DNA of 64,000 bases from Negaprion brevirostris (taxonomy: Eukaryota), in contig JARDVH010000110.1 of assembly GCA_030324005.1 (NCBI GenBank), positions 46,592,949 through 46,656,948 on the forward strand, read 5' to 3'. Positions 12,176-24,519 of the stretch are shown here, one piece after another; the stretch's first letter is position 1; the number at the start of each line of letters is the position of its first letter. The notes below the pieces were generated by a model that had not been told where the DNA came from, ran no database searches, and worked only from the letters and a program-made list of their open reading frames with translations. The position numbers and the translations under genes are program-made.

Positions 12176-12430
12176 AAAAGTAAAATACTGCGGATGCTGG
12201 AATCGGAAACAAAACCAGGAAATGCTGGAAAATCTCAGCAGGTCTGACACCATCTGTGGAGAGAAAACAGGGCCAATGTTTTGAGTTGAAATGACCCTTC
12301 GTTAGAAACATAGACAGGCCTGATAGCGACTTTTGATGGGCTCTGACAAAGAGTCATTCAGACTTGAAACGTTGGCTCTGTTCTCTCCCCACAGGTGCTG
12401 TGATACCTGTGGAGATTTTCCAGCAATTTC
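12176..12430. mobile_element. Inverted dimer of Penelope-type hammerhead repeats with a 15-bp TSD
   Basis: Minus copy at about 12176-12308 and plus copy at about 12338-12430; AGGTTCAGTTAAGTT at 12161-12175 and 12431-12445. Confidence 0.8.
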
Positions 12431-12689
12431 AGGTTCAGTTAAGTTTTTAGCCAGCTGTGTCCTTGTTGATCTGTACCAGATTCTTTGAAAGTTTGATGGT
12501 GAATTCTCATTTGATTTGTTGGTAATCTTAATTGTTAAAATATTACTGGTGCTCATGTGAGAGTCTGAACCTTTATATATTTTTGTTGCCACTTGCCAGT
12601 ATTGTGTATTTTCTGATGTGCTACTGAATGTAGCTCCGTCAGTGTGACCCAACAATATGGTGCAGCCGCAATCTGCTGAATGCCAAATG

Positions 12690-12936
12690 GCATCACCATT
12701 TCCTCAATTAACATTCTTCTGGTTACGCTGTATGACATTGCCAACTTTGAGACAATTTGTGCAAAATTGTGAAGCATTCTTTCGTGTCTAAGTGGAGGCG
12801 AAACAACCAAAATTCCCTTTACAGAGGATATTTGTGGCCGATCCACAGACAACATTTTCGTTTGTCAATCTGGACTTGAGTCAAATGTTGGTCCCTAAGG
12901 TTGATAGGATGCTAAATTACTGCACCATCCAAACCT
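12690..12936 (-). mobile_element. Ancient LF-SINE-like relic
   Basis: Minus strand has a tRNA-like head GGATGGTGCAGT and TCACAATTTTGCACAAATTGTCTCAAAGTTGGCAATGTCA, resembling the LF-SINE core as I recall it. Confidence 0.5.
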
Positions 12937-12972
12937 TCTCCAGCTCCATATGGAGTCAATGAACATAAAAAT

Positions 12973-13240
12973 GGGGCGGCACAGTGGTTAGCACTGCTGC
13001 CTCACAGCACCGGAGATCTGGGTTCAATTCCAGCCTCAGGTCACTGTCTGTGTGGAGTTTGCACATTCTCGCCGTGTCTGAATGGATTTCCTCCAGGTGC
13101 TCTGGTTTCCTCCCACAGTCCAAAGATGTGCAGTTTAGGTGGATTGGCCATGATAAATTGTCCTAGGACTAGGGGGCACAGCCTCAAGATAAAGGGGGGG
13201 CGGTTTAGAACGGAGTTGAGGAGGGACTTCTTCACTCAAA
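12973..13240 (+). mobile_element. V-SINE (to about 13165) joined to a young CR1 fragment
   Basis: SINE head and core, then RTRGHSLKIKGGRFRTELRRDFFTQ. Confidence 0.85.
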
Positions 13241-13563
13241 NNNNNNNNNNNNNNNNNNNNNNNNNNNNNNNNNNNNNNNNNNNNNNNNNNNNNNNNNNNN
13301 NNNNNNNNNNNNNNNNNNNNNNNNNNNNNNNNNNNNNNNNNNNNNNNNNNNNNNNNNNNNNNNNNNNNNNNNNNNNNNNNNNNNNNNNNNNNNNNNNNNN
13401 NNNNNNNNNNNNNNNNNNNNNNNNNNNNNNNNNNNNNNNNNNNNNNNNNNNNNNNNNNNNNNNNNNNNNNNNNNNNNNNNATTTTTCTTTGTACGTTTAT
13501 AACTTAGCTTTGGAAGTCCTGGAATCATCTTTGTTGCTCTTCTCTAAATATCTTTAATCATTT

Positions 13564-13912
13564 GGGGTGGCACGGTGGCACAGTGGTTAGCATTGCTGCC
13601 TCACAGCACCAGGGACCTGGGTTTGATTGCAGCTTGGATAACTGTCTGTGTGGAGTCCCTGTGTCTGCGTGGATGTCCTTCAGGTGCTCCGGTTTCCTTC
13701 CCACAGTCCAAAAATATGCAGGTTAGGTGGATTGGCCATGCTAAATTGACCCTTAGTGTCTGGGGTGTTGGGGGGGGGGGGGGGGGGGGGGGTGGAGTGC
13801 TAGCTAGGGTAAACGTATGGGATTATGGGGATAAGGCCTGGGTGGGATTGTGGTCAGTGCAGACTTGATGGGCCGATTGGCATCCTTCTGCACTGTATGA
13901 CTCTATGACTAT
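13564..13912 (+). mobile_element. Full-length HE1-type V-SINE, tail type A (CR1-like)
   Basis: Head and core, then GATGGGCCGATTGGCATCCTTCTGCACTGTATGACTCTATGA. Confidence 0.9.
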
Positions 13913-14611
13913 CTAAAAGGAAATAATGTTCTTTGAAGATATAAAGTTGCTTGAATTATTCTAATTGTTATTATCAGAGTTACAACAGGTTACAATAACT
14001 TGTTTTGATTTAATTAGCTCAAGATATATCTTTGTACTTGATTAGCTTTGTTGTGAGTTGCTTCATTAAGCAGTTGATTATCACATTCAAGTTCATGTTG
14101 AATTTTCATCTTTCCGAATGGATACCTGGGCCTAGCTTTTCATCTTGCCAGAGAACCTCTCCATCATGGTGAAAATGGTGGAAGAGGCCTGAATCCAGAA
14201 GTCCCCATCCCCACAACACAACATATATCTGTGTTGTGAAGTAGGTCATAATTTGTGTACGCACATTTCGAGGAGGTAGCCACCCATGGAAATCAGAAGC
14301 CACCATCACTCACGGGATCAGAGAATCACAGAATCATTGCAGAAGTAGGTCATTTTTCCCATCAAGNNNNNNNNNNNNNNNNNNNNNNNNNNNNNNNNNN
14401 NNNNNNNNNNNNNNNNNNNNNNNNNNNNNNNNNNNNNNNNNNNNNNNNNNNNNNNNNNNNNNNNNNAATCATTGCAGAAGTAGGTCTTTTTTCCCATCAA
14501 GACTTCACTGCTCCCTGAAAAGCATTCCTACCTAACCCACTCCTCTCTCTTATCTGCGTAACACTGAACATTCTTCCTTCCCAGATATCAATCTTTTAAA
14601 TGCCTCAATCT

Positions 14612-14859
14612 CGGTGGCACAGTGGTTAGCACTGCTGCCCTGCAGTGCCAGGGACCTGGGTTCAATTCCTGGCTTGGGCGACTGTGTGTAGTTTGCACGT
14701 TCTCCCGTCTCTGCATGGGTTTCCTCCATGTGCTCCAGTTTCCTCCCACAGTCCAAAAACATGCTGGTTCAGTGCATTTGCCATGCTAAAAAAATTTCTC
14801 CCTCAGTGTATCCAAACAGGTGCTGGAATGAGGTGACTAGGGGATTTTCACAGTAACTT
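14612..14859 (+). mobile_element. V-SINE, tail type B, 3' truncated
   Basis: Head and core, then TCTCCCTCAGTGTA..GGGGATTTTCACAGTAACTT. Confidence 0.85.
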
Positions 14860-16768
14860 GGGTCTGCCTATGGAGGTGGGGGGGTGGGGGTGGGGGGTGG
14901 TTAAAAGGTCAGTTGGCATGGTAAGTATAAGGGCAATAGGGGTGCAAAGGTTGGCTTGGAGGGAATGAGGAGACACGGGGTCAACAGAGCAGCTTGGGTT
15001 GGTGTGGAAGGTATGATGGGCAATGAGGGGTGGGCGGGGCATAAGATAGCATGGGTTGACGTGGGTGGAGCATGAAGAGTGTATGGAGTTAAGCAGGAGT
15101 GAGAGGTGAGTGCCAGAGGGCTTATGTTTTCTTTTTCTTAAACTTCAATACAGAACCAATGCAGCAAGGCAGAGTGTCTGTCCAGAACGCCTTCCTGTCT
15201 GGCATCCTCCAAACTCATTCCAGGGTCATTTCCCCCGAATCCAAGGAAACCCCACCACTCTGAATGACAATCTGACCTCTGGGCCACTTCTTCCTAGATT
15301 GGATTTGATGGAACAGCAAATGTCTTGACTCCACACTGCCAACAAGGGAGTGAAATCCAGATCCCACTCAATATCCATATTAACATCCATTAACCATTTC
15401 TTAGAGCACTTACCGAATTTGTACAAGTTCCTTTCAGAGCTGGCAATCTTCTTGCTTCATCAAATTTCGTCATTTCATGGAAAATATCATAAATAGATTT
15501 CAGTTCCTCTACATAACATATAAATAGCATTAACAGCTGGGAGCCATGAATAGATTCCCTCCTTGTCACTGTTTCCCAGACATCACCACGCACTGGGATT
15601 GGGGTGGATCTCTAACAATGTGCCACAGATGGTGCATTAATTGAAGGAGCCCAATACTAATATCTACAGTGCCATGATGGGATTTGTGTGGCAGGTCCGA
15701 GCCAACTAGCAGCAGAGACCCCCATGACAGAAACATTAAGGATAGCCTAGCATCTGTCATTGATGTTGAAGACTGCTTTAAAGAAACCTTGTGGGGGCCA
15801 AAGGGGAGACGACCGTTGCCTCCAACTTCAGTAGGTTACAAAAAAAATCATTTCTCAAGGCCTCACTAATCTGATTGATACCATTAGGTCTAATTTCCTG
15901 TTGATCAGTGGTTGTGCAGAGCCTATGCTTAATACTAACAGCATAGTACTTGGGTCATTTTTTTAAAACTCACCTGCAATTAACATAATCATGTCGACAT
16001 TGCCACCCACATTCTCCATTTAAATTTTAATTGTTGAGTCTAAAGCTCCACATATGCATGTAACTACACAGTGGAGCTCCAGTCAAATAATGTAAATGGG
16101 GAACTGTCTGTCAGTAAACCACAACCTTCTGATAAGTGAAGTAGAGATCCAGACAAAGCAAAGGTTACCAAAAGTCACTATTACACTGCACACGGTTTGT
16201 ATTTTTGAAGGGGTTAATGGTCCAAACTCTGGTAATCTGTTCCAGCCTGAGGAAAAAGCTGGTTTAATTAATATTTTAATAAGACTATGACTGAAATAAG
16301 GAACTGAGGATTAAAAAGTGGAAACGTGCGGAGATTTTTCTGCTGATCCCTTAGCCGTCCCGGGTTCTTTGATTTCTTTGCTGTATTTGCATATTCAAGC
16401 AGTTGCTTAGATAAAGAAACCCAGATGCAGAGTCACTTGTCCTGGGTCCACAGTCAAGCACAGTCTCATTTTATATCAGATTATTCCTTTACCAGAAACA
16501 TTTAGCTGGATTGCCATTTTAGATTTAAAAATAAGAAAAATTGCTGGAAAAAAACAACTCTGTAGCTTACCAAAATACTTCTTTCCCTGAGATTGCTGTT
16601 ATTTTGTTGAGATACTTGGAAGGCCGTCACTTGTTTATAGGACCTTGTTCCTTTCCTTAGCTGTCTAGCCACTTCCAAGAACAGCTGGTCTTCCTGAAGT
16701 CGTGTGCATGTTTACAATGATAAACGCAAAGCTACCCCGTTGCCAGAGGCCTCGTGACATCCTGATAT

Positions 16769-16948
16769 CAGTGGTTAGCACTGCAGCCTCACCGTGCCAG
16801 GGACCTGGATTTGATTCCCGTCTTGGGTCACTGTGTGGAATGTGCACATTCTCCCCGTGTCAGTGTGGGTTTCCTCTGGGTGCTCCCACAGTCCAGTGCT
16901 AGTTAGGTGCATTGGCCGTGCTAAGTTCTCCCTCAGTGTACCTGAACA
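16769..16948 (+). mobile_element. V-SINE, tail type B, ends at a gap
   Basis: CAGTGGTTAGCACTGC..TTCTCCCTCAGTGTACCTGAACA. Confidence 0.85.
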
Positions 16949-17754
16949 NNNNNNNNNNNNNNNNNNNNNNNNNNNNNNNNNNNNNNNNNNNNNNNNNNNN
17001 NNNNNNNNNNNNNNNNNNNNNNNNNNNNNNNNNNNNNNNNNNNNNNNNGGTATTTGTGATCTGTGACCTTGTAATGGTCAGCAGCAGTTGACTTACTAGT
17101 CATTTATGTTAACTTTGCTTGTAGATATTATTGTTGTAAAACAAGTACATATTCAATTTAAAATCTGGATTGCCAGCAATGCTATTGCAATGGACTCCGA
17201 GACACAAGTGCAGATACAAGTGCAGCAGCAGTTATAGATGTTTTGTCAGAGTAGAGAAAGGTAGAAATCTAGCCTAATATCAAGCAAAGAAAGTATTGAC
17301 TGAAGCACTCCCTAAAATGCAAACATGGTGCACAAAATGGTAAAACTAACGGCTGCAGAAAAATTAGGCCCAATCCGAGAAACAAATGTTTAAAAAACAT
17401 TGTTCAACAACAATCGTCACTTCCTCAAGGGCAATTATGGATGGGTAATAAATAGTAGCGTTGCCAGAAATGCTCACCTCCTCAGAATGAATTTTTTTTA
17501 AATCTTGTTCAAAGAAACTTATATGAACAAGCTGCAAGATTTATAGATTTACACTGTGTCCATTTTATACAGATGAGCACCAGGGTAGAAAAAGAATTAG
17601 GTCCCAGAAGAGATGTATTTACATACTTTAAGCCTCCAATTAGACCTCATCAAGCCTGTTGCATGTGTTTGCCCAAAGTTTGCCAAATCTTCATCACAAA
17701 GAGTGCAAAACATCAAGCCCGCCATTCTAGCCTGCCAGCTTTGGAGAGATGGTG

Positions 17755-17935
17755 GGAGCAGACACAATAGCGGCATTTCAGGGCAGCTAGATGAATACAT
17801 GAATAGGATGGGGAATGGAAGGATACGAGCTCCGTAAGTGTACACGGTCTTAGTTTAGGCAGACATCAGGATCGGCGCAGGCTTGGATGGCTGAAGAGCC
17901 TGTTCCTGTGCTGTAGTGTTCTTTGTTCTCTGTAA
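17755..17935 (+). mobile_element. CR1 3' end
   Basis: GCATTTCAGGGCAGCTAGATGAATACATG..GGCTGAAGAGCCTGTTCCTGTGCTGTAGTGTTCTTTG. Confidence 0.85.
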
Positions 17936-18026
17936 ATGGAAAATGGAGGCTCGTGAAACTGGAAAGGAAGGAAAAGGGAAAGAAAGGAATATAACTTATT
18001 AATTATTGCTTTGTACGTGAATAAAG

Positions 18027-18390
18027 AAAGCACTCTTGCCCCTGAGTCAGAAGACCATAGGTTCACACCCGTTTCAGAACTTGAGTACATAATCTAGACT
18101 AACCCCTCACTGCTGGATTAGGGATAGTGCTGCATTGTCAGAGACTCAGTGTTTTTTACCTTATTTGTTAAACCAAGTCTTGTCCACTTTTTTGGAAAAT
18201 CCTACGGAAATATTCAAAGAATAACAAGGGAATTCTCCCAGTGTCCTGATCAACATTGATTCGTCAGAGAATACCATCAAAGGGAAACAGATTAACTGGT
18301 CATTCATTTCATTGCTGTTTTTTGAAACCTTTCCCTTTGCAATTGACTGCCATGTTTACCTACCAAATAATAGATACATCCTGAGGATGG
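18027..18390 (+). mobile_element. DeuSINE (SacSINE1-like), decayed
   Basis: Head GCACTCTTGCCCCTGAGTCAGAAG; Deu-like core GTGTCCTGATCAACATT..ACAGATTAACTGGTCATT..CATTGCTGTT. Confidence 0.7.
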
Positions 18391-18675
18391 GGAGCGTATT
18401 TTCTAATTGCAGATATTTCTGAGTCTATGTCAACAGTAGCTAATGATGAATATACATGTTCAGATGACTATAAGTAAAATAATGAATATTTGGAATGTGT
18501 CAGAATTGTAAGCTAATAAAAGGATCAAGTGATTTAAATATATAATTGCACGTAACTAGAAGTTAACACAAATTAGTAGAATTCTTTAAAGATAGTCAAA
18601 GACAGTAATGGAGTGGATGTTAGATATCCATTATTTCATCAGGCACCGTGTAACATATCACATGGAAGACATAGA

Positions 18676-18842
18676 GGGAGGGATTTTCTGGCCTTCCCGC
18701 AACATGTTACTCGCAGTGGGGGGTGGCACACCACTGCTGGCAGTGGGATCTTTTGGTCCTGACACTGTCAATGGGATTTCCCATTGATTCCATCCCACAC
18801 CACATAGGAACGCTCAGCATAAACAACTGGAAAGTTCCAGCC
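18676..18842. mobile_element. Harbinger-type MITE inserted in a CR1 tail
   Basis: TIRs GGGAGGGATTTTCT / GGAAAGTTCCAGCC; perfect TSD AGA (18673-18675, 18843-18845). Confidence 0.8.
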
Positions 18843-18932
18843 AGAGTTTCACAGCACTAAAAAGGTCCTTCAGCTCATCATGTCTGCACTAGCTATCAAG
18901 CATCAATCAATTCTAAAACATATGAATGACTG

Positions 18933-19020
18933 ATGATGATGAAGGGGCAATGCTCCGAAAACTTGCGCTACTAAAAAACTGTCAGACTTTAACCTGGTAT
19001 TGTGAGACTACTTACTGTCC
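18933..19020 (+). repeat. Second Penelope-type terminal repeat family with a hammerhead-like core
   Basis: (A)TGATGA-AGGGGCAATGCTCC-GAAA, then GACTTTAACCTGGTATTGTGAGACT. Confidence 0.6.
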
Positions 19021-19287
19021 ATATGAACGAAATGAAATCTATTGGCATAAAGCATAGAATAACAGAGGATGCTGTAAATTGGATGTAAAATTGACTAAAT
19101 AATATGAAAGGGGTAGTTCTAAGTGGAATCTGATTTGAAATCTTTGCTATTTATGGTTCTTATAAATGAGCGTAATACATCCAAAACATTCAAAAGAAAG
19201 AAATTTTATGAATTATAGCTGGCATTTAGTATTGATAAATCTAAGGTAATGGTACTAAAATAGCAAACAATTTTCCAAAATAAAAAA

Positions 19288-19907
19288 GGGTAGAATTCCA
19301 TTATTTTTGATCAACAGTGTAAACACAATACAGGTGGAACCAACAAAACCAGTAGGGGGATTTAAATACAAGTGAGTTACACCCAAAACCACATCTACTT
19401 GGGTTTTGCTCAATCTTTTAAGTGGGTTCAAAAATCAAGTCACCTGGTTTTGGCCCCACCCACAATGGCCATGACCTGAGGTCAAAATTTGGAAATAGAC
19501 TTAAGTGCACCAATGAGGGAAAGCATTTCAAATTGCATTGCCTTCTGAGGCGACATCAAAAATATTTAATTTACTGAACAGATATGCACCAACTAAGCTT
19601 TATTTGAATTAATTTTCTGTTACTTTAAAACTGGTCACCAAGAGTAGAACTTGAAATGCATATTTTGGAGTTTTCCCCTATTTTTGCTGTATTCATAAAA
19701 TTGTGCAGGTTACTGCTCTCAAATACTCAAAAAATACTTCTGAATGGAAAGAAAATAAACCATTAGGTTCTATTACACCGAGAGGTTGCACAAGTTCACT
19801 GAGGATTTCATATTTCCGATTATGTGATAAGTTGCTTCAGAACTTGAACTAGCCAGTGCAGTTTCAAGCAGAATTTCCTGATTGCATCCAAGACAGGAAC
19901 TCTACCC
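19288..19907. mobile_element. Non-autonomous Harbinger-type element (about 620 bp)
   Basis: TIRs GGGTAGAATTCC / GGAACTCTACCC; flanks AAA / AGA. Confidence 0.65.
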
Positions 19908-21339
19908 AGAACGTTTAATTAAATAAATAGCCAAGGTATATATAATATGTAAATGAGTACATGGGGTAGAATGAAATAATAAGTTAGTCTCTTCCTTAAA
20001 GGAATCGTTGTTTTCAGAGGTTACAATGATGATTAAATCGAACATAAATAGTGTAAATANNNNNNNNNNNNNNNNNNNNNNNNNNNNNNNNNNNNNNNNN
20101 NNNNNNNNNNNNNNNNNNNNNNNNNNNNNNNNNNNNNNNNNNNNNNNNNNNNNNNNNNNATAAATAGCCAAGGAAAAGATCCGTGCGTGCATATCCTGCA
20201 TTCATACATACGCAAATTGTTCTTTGGATGGTTAAAAAATGGAATGCTAAATCCTTAAAAAAAATTCATCTTAATAGCAAACCAATGAGGACAATTTTGA
20301 GCCGGCACTTCTGCAGAAATGGCAGCATACTCGGAATCCGGAAAGCAGGATTCGCACCAATGAATGTACAAGTTCCAATCTTCCCGGCTCCTCACTAACC
20401 AAGTGGCATGAATTATGCCACAGGACTGCAGAAAGTTCTTTGGCATGTCATTAGCAAATGCTTTTTCCCCACCTCGCCAGATATTCAGCAGGCACTGGAG
20501 TAAAGTCATGTTGGTGCCATTCACAACAGGTCTACGTAAGCATGAACCTTCACCTCCGGGAGGGATTCTGGAGGTGAGTGCTCAGGCAGCCAGTACACTC
20601 CACAGTATGGACTGCTCGGGGGCCCCAGAGAGAACTCGGGGGACACAAATAAATTCAAGTTGTGGCTGAGGTGGGAGTCCCAGAACCATCATTTCAGGGA
20701 GAGAGGTCACGTGCAGGCCTTACCTTCCCTTCATGTCGAGGCGCCCCCCGCTTTGAAGGGGTTATAAAGGTTGATATGCAGGCAGTGTTTCACATGTCCT
20801 CCTTCCTGGGTTCCTGTCCATATCACAGCTGAGGGATTGCCCTTCCTTAGTGGTGGCTGGCAAGAGGGTGGGAGGGCTTGAAAACAATAGGCTCAGCACT
20901 GGGGGGGATTGTGAGTTACTTGGGTGGGGTTCCATGTGTGACTGGATTGTCAGGGCACAATAGAGGATTGATGAATAGACTGCATCTCCCCTCACGCAGC
21001 CTGAAGGGCCTTACACTCGGGAGAGGATGACTGCAGTGTGATTGGACCAGAGATGCAGTGCTGTAGAAGGTAGCATCTGTCCCCAGTGACAGTGCACCAT
21101 CTCTGCCAGACCCTGCAAGAGCTGGCAAGATATGGAATGGGTGGATACCCACTGCCAGGGCTCTTAAACTCACAGCCACTCTGAATTTCTATATGTGTGG
21201 CTCATTCCAGGGCAGCACGAGCGACCTGTGTGGTATTTCCTGATAGGCCACACACAAATGTATTGGGGAGTTTACAGATGTTCTTACTGCAAGGGCTCAC
21301 AGGTGGAGCAACTGGGACTAGGACCAGGCAAACCAAGAC

Positions 21340-21930
21340 GGCAGGGCCACGGACTTTCTCACCTTAGCAGGCTTGTCCCAGGTGCAGGGTTTGATTGAGT
21401 GCACCCACATGGCCTTGTGCACTCCATGGCACAACACGACCCCATTCATGAACCGCAAGGGTCTCCACTCCCTCAATGTGTATCTCATCTGTGACCAAAC
21501 AATGCACTTCATGCAGGCGTGTTCCTATTTCCCAGGAAATGTCCATGACAGCTACATCTTGGAGCACTCTCAGATTCCAGCTGTCTTTGAGGGAGGGCGG
21601 CAGCTGGAGGGATGGCTCCTCAGAATTGAAGGGTATCCACTCAGGGGGTGGCTGATGATGCCAGTGTGGAGTCCACAATCACCTGCTGAGACATGTTACA
21701 ATGAGGATCAAGCTTCAATGCGCGTGCTGATCGAACAAGCCATTGGCCTGCTGAAGAAGCGGTTCAGGTGCCCACACCAATCAGAAAGTGCCTACAATAC
21801 AACCCCCAAAGGGGCTCCTGCATCATTGTAGTTTGCTGTGCCCTCCACAACTTGGCACTGCAGAGGGGAAGCTACCTGGACCTGGAAGAGATGGACAAGT
21901 GCCATATCTCCTCTGATGCGGAGGATGTGC
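21340..21930 (+). pseudogene. Harbinger DDE transposase remnant
   Basis: QVQGLIECTHMAL..FMNRKGLHSLNVYLICD..FPGNVHDSYIL..GYPLRGWLMMP..IEQAIGLLKKRFRC, frameshift, then LQYNPQ..IIVVCCALHN. Confidence 0.95.
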
Positions 21931-23049
21931 AGNNNNNNNNNNNNNNNNNNNNNNNNNNNNNNNNNNNNNNNNNNNNNNNNNNNNNNNNNNNNNNNNNNNN
22001 NNNNNNNNNNNNNNNNNNNNNNNNNNNNNNNNGACGGCGGTAAGGGTGACTACGCAGAGGAGGAGGTGGAAGAAGCCCGAGCAGTGGTCAGAGCCCGACT
22101 GGGCCAACACACTAAGAATGGCCTCATAGTGTCTTGCTTCAGGGACAAGGAGGACGAGGATCAACTAGCTTTGCTACCACAGCAACAATTATCTATGTGG
22201 TGCCAACAGTATGTTCCCTTGCAGCTGCCAGGCATCATGGGCAGGATACTGAACTTATTGGCTGGACTCTGCGGGAGAATGATGATGACTTGCAGCAAAG
22301 ACAGAGCGATGATCCTCTGTAATATGTCTGATTCCTGCTTGACAGAGTTTAAGGCATCCTGCCATGGGATGGGCTTATCAGTATTGCTGGATGCGCAGCA
22401 CCATGTATTATGGGCCCACCCACCACAGGGGTCCTGGTGTTCACAGCCCGGATGGGCAGCCTGACAACACCTCAACAGCCCTCAGCCTCATGATCACTAA
22501 AGAACACTGTTAAACATGGGGGGTGTGTGCTAGATGGAGGAGGGTGCAGGGGTTCACCTTTCCATGGATGGAGGCTGGGGGATGGGCTCCAGGAGCAGGG
22601 GTGAGCATTCCAGCAGCAACGCCTCTTTGCTACGTTGCCATTGTGAGGGGTACATAACACAGCCATTCTCACACTCCACTGGGTTGAAGTGTCTGGTTAG
22701 CGTGGTGGTTCTCCCGAGTTTGGTGGCATGAACAAAAAGGTGGAGGCCCTGTGAGTGAATGAAGTGAAATTTATTGCCAAACATTCAAAACAAGTGGTGC
22801 CCAATCTACACCAGTGCCTGTATTCACCAATGCCCAATTAGTGCCTACAGTTTCTTAATCTTCCACCCCCTCGCACTGTGTCTAGGTGTATTCCCAAGAT
22901 CCACAATGAGGTTGAGGTGCCCTGCTGACATCCCAACCCTTTGGGCTGCGATGACCTTGGTAAGTGTCCCCTGGGGGACTAGGATCTTGTGGGTCCAGGC
23001 CTGCTTTTGTGCAGTACAGTTGTCTGACAGCTGCCCTCCTCAGGGTCAA

Positions 23050-24480
23050 GGGCTGGTGTGTCGATCACAGAGAGGAGGGCTGAAGACGCCCAGGATCAGG
23101 AGGGTCTGGGCTGTACTCCTACTGATCCTCATCCATTTGGGTTCCTGGGGGCCCCTGTGCTCCCCCATGGGATAGAGGGACAGCTTGATGCGATACAGAA
23201 ACCCTGCCGCTCTCTGGCGCTGACACACAGATTTCCACCAGTGCCTCCACCTTACATTAAAGCCCGGCACCATGGTGTGAACATCTCCTGCTATGGAGAG
23301 CATGTCTCGCACCTCTGTCTCCTCTGCGAACTCCAACCTCAGTGTTAACCTCAGTGCTTTGCAGCGCCAGCACCATCTCCTCAGATAGAAGGAGATGGGA
23401 CTCCTCCAGTCAGCCTTGCTCTCTGAGAAGGGCTGTATCATCCCTTCCTCATACTCATGACTCTGCATTTGCAACTCCAGCATCTTTGGGGCGACTGTGC
23501 CTGGGGCACATCATTGGCAAGGGGCTCAGCAGGGTCCCGGGCTCCGGCATCCCTCCAAGTGCTGGTTCCCTGGGACGTCCCTGCTTCCGCCTGCTGTGGA
23601 TCTTCAGCTTGAAGTGCTCACCAGTGAGGGACCCGGAAGCCTGTCTACTTATTGAACCCACCCGAGGTGTGAGTATCTGCATTGGTGACAGGTGTGGGCA
23701 ACAGCTGTGATGCCTCTTCAATGGTGGGGTTGGAGCTGATGGAGTCCAGTAGATCCAGAGGCACAAGGATGGCCCAGCCTGTGCCACTGTCGGGTTGCAA
23801 GAGAAGAGACGTGGCATCAGTGCATTACAGGGAATGCAGAGGAAATATTGATTACTCATCTGTGGTTTGAAGAATGACAGCATTTGTGTTGAGGATTCTC
23901 ACATTTATTTGCTGCTGCCACTTCATCAGCGTAGACAGGCTCTTCCCCCTCCCTGGCCAGTTCAATGGGTCTCTCCTCAAAAGATGTGAAGGTCCTCAGC
24001 TTCAGCAAGACTCCAGAAGCTGGCTGCAGCCACTCACACCTATTATGGTTGAGCTTGTCCTGCAATGACACAGAGAGGGAGAGTAAGGATGGGAGTGTTG
24101 ACATTTAAGATGGTGATGAGGTGTGACAGGCATTGGGGTTGGGTGGGAACTGGAGTGTGAAGAGTAAAACAGCTATTGGGGAACATGGTGATTGTAGGAG
24201 GTGGGGGGGGGGGGGGAAGTCTGTTGCCTGGTGTTGGCAAAGGCCAAGGTAACTGAGTGGGAGAAAGGGTTGGGTATGCAAAGGGTGTGTGAGGTGGTCC
24301 AGTGGAAGACTGGGGGTGGTTTGCTTATCCTGACTGAGCGGAGAAGATCATTTATCTTCTTCCAACACTGCTGTCCATCCTCTTCTGGAGCACACTTGCA
24401 TCGACCAGGGCTGCCACTGCATCCTAGGTGGAGGCGGTGACCCTGCTGGGAGGCAATCCTTGCAATTAACTCGCCAAGTG
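23050..24480 (-). pseudogene. Harbinger Myb/SANT-like gene remnant, spliced
   Basis: QQCWKKINDLLRSVR with a decayed donor at about 24328; acceptor CTCTGTGTCATTGCAG at 24060, then DKLNHNR..LRTFTSFEERPIELA. Confidence 0.8.
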
Positions 24481-24519
24481 CCACGTTAAATAAACAACAC
24501 CAGTGCATCATGGTTGGAC

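Noticed and set aside
12973-13040. tRNA-like A and B boxes
   Set aside because: These are SINE heads, with no full cloverleaf and continuing into the V-SINE core.
13770-13792. Poly-G run (potential G-quadruplex)
   Set aside because: Homopolymer expansion inside a SINE with no sign of function.
14331-14501. Direct repeat AATCATTGCAGAAGTAGGTC..CCCATCAAG on both sides of a 100-N gap
   Set aside because: Most likely a contig-end overlap or haplotype artefact; TTAGTTACA around 60704-60803 looks the same.
19472-19484. Nuclear-receptor-like TGACCTGAGGTCA
   Set aside because: It lies inside a non-autonomous Harbinger element, far from any promoter evidence.
21373-21831. Possible domesticated HARBI1 gene
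   Set aside because: Catalytic motifs are altered (IEC for IDC, GD.GY lost), there are frameshifts, and it sits in a transposon with a decayed Myb partner.
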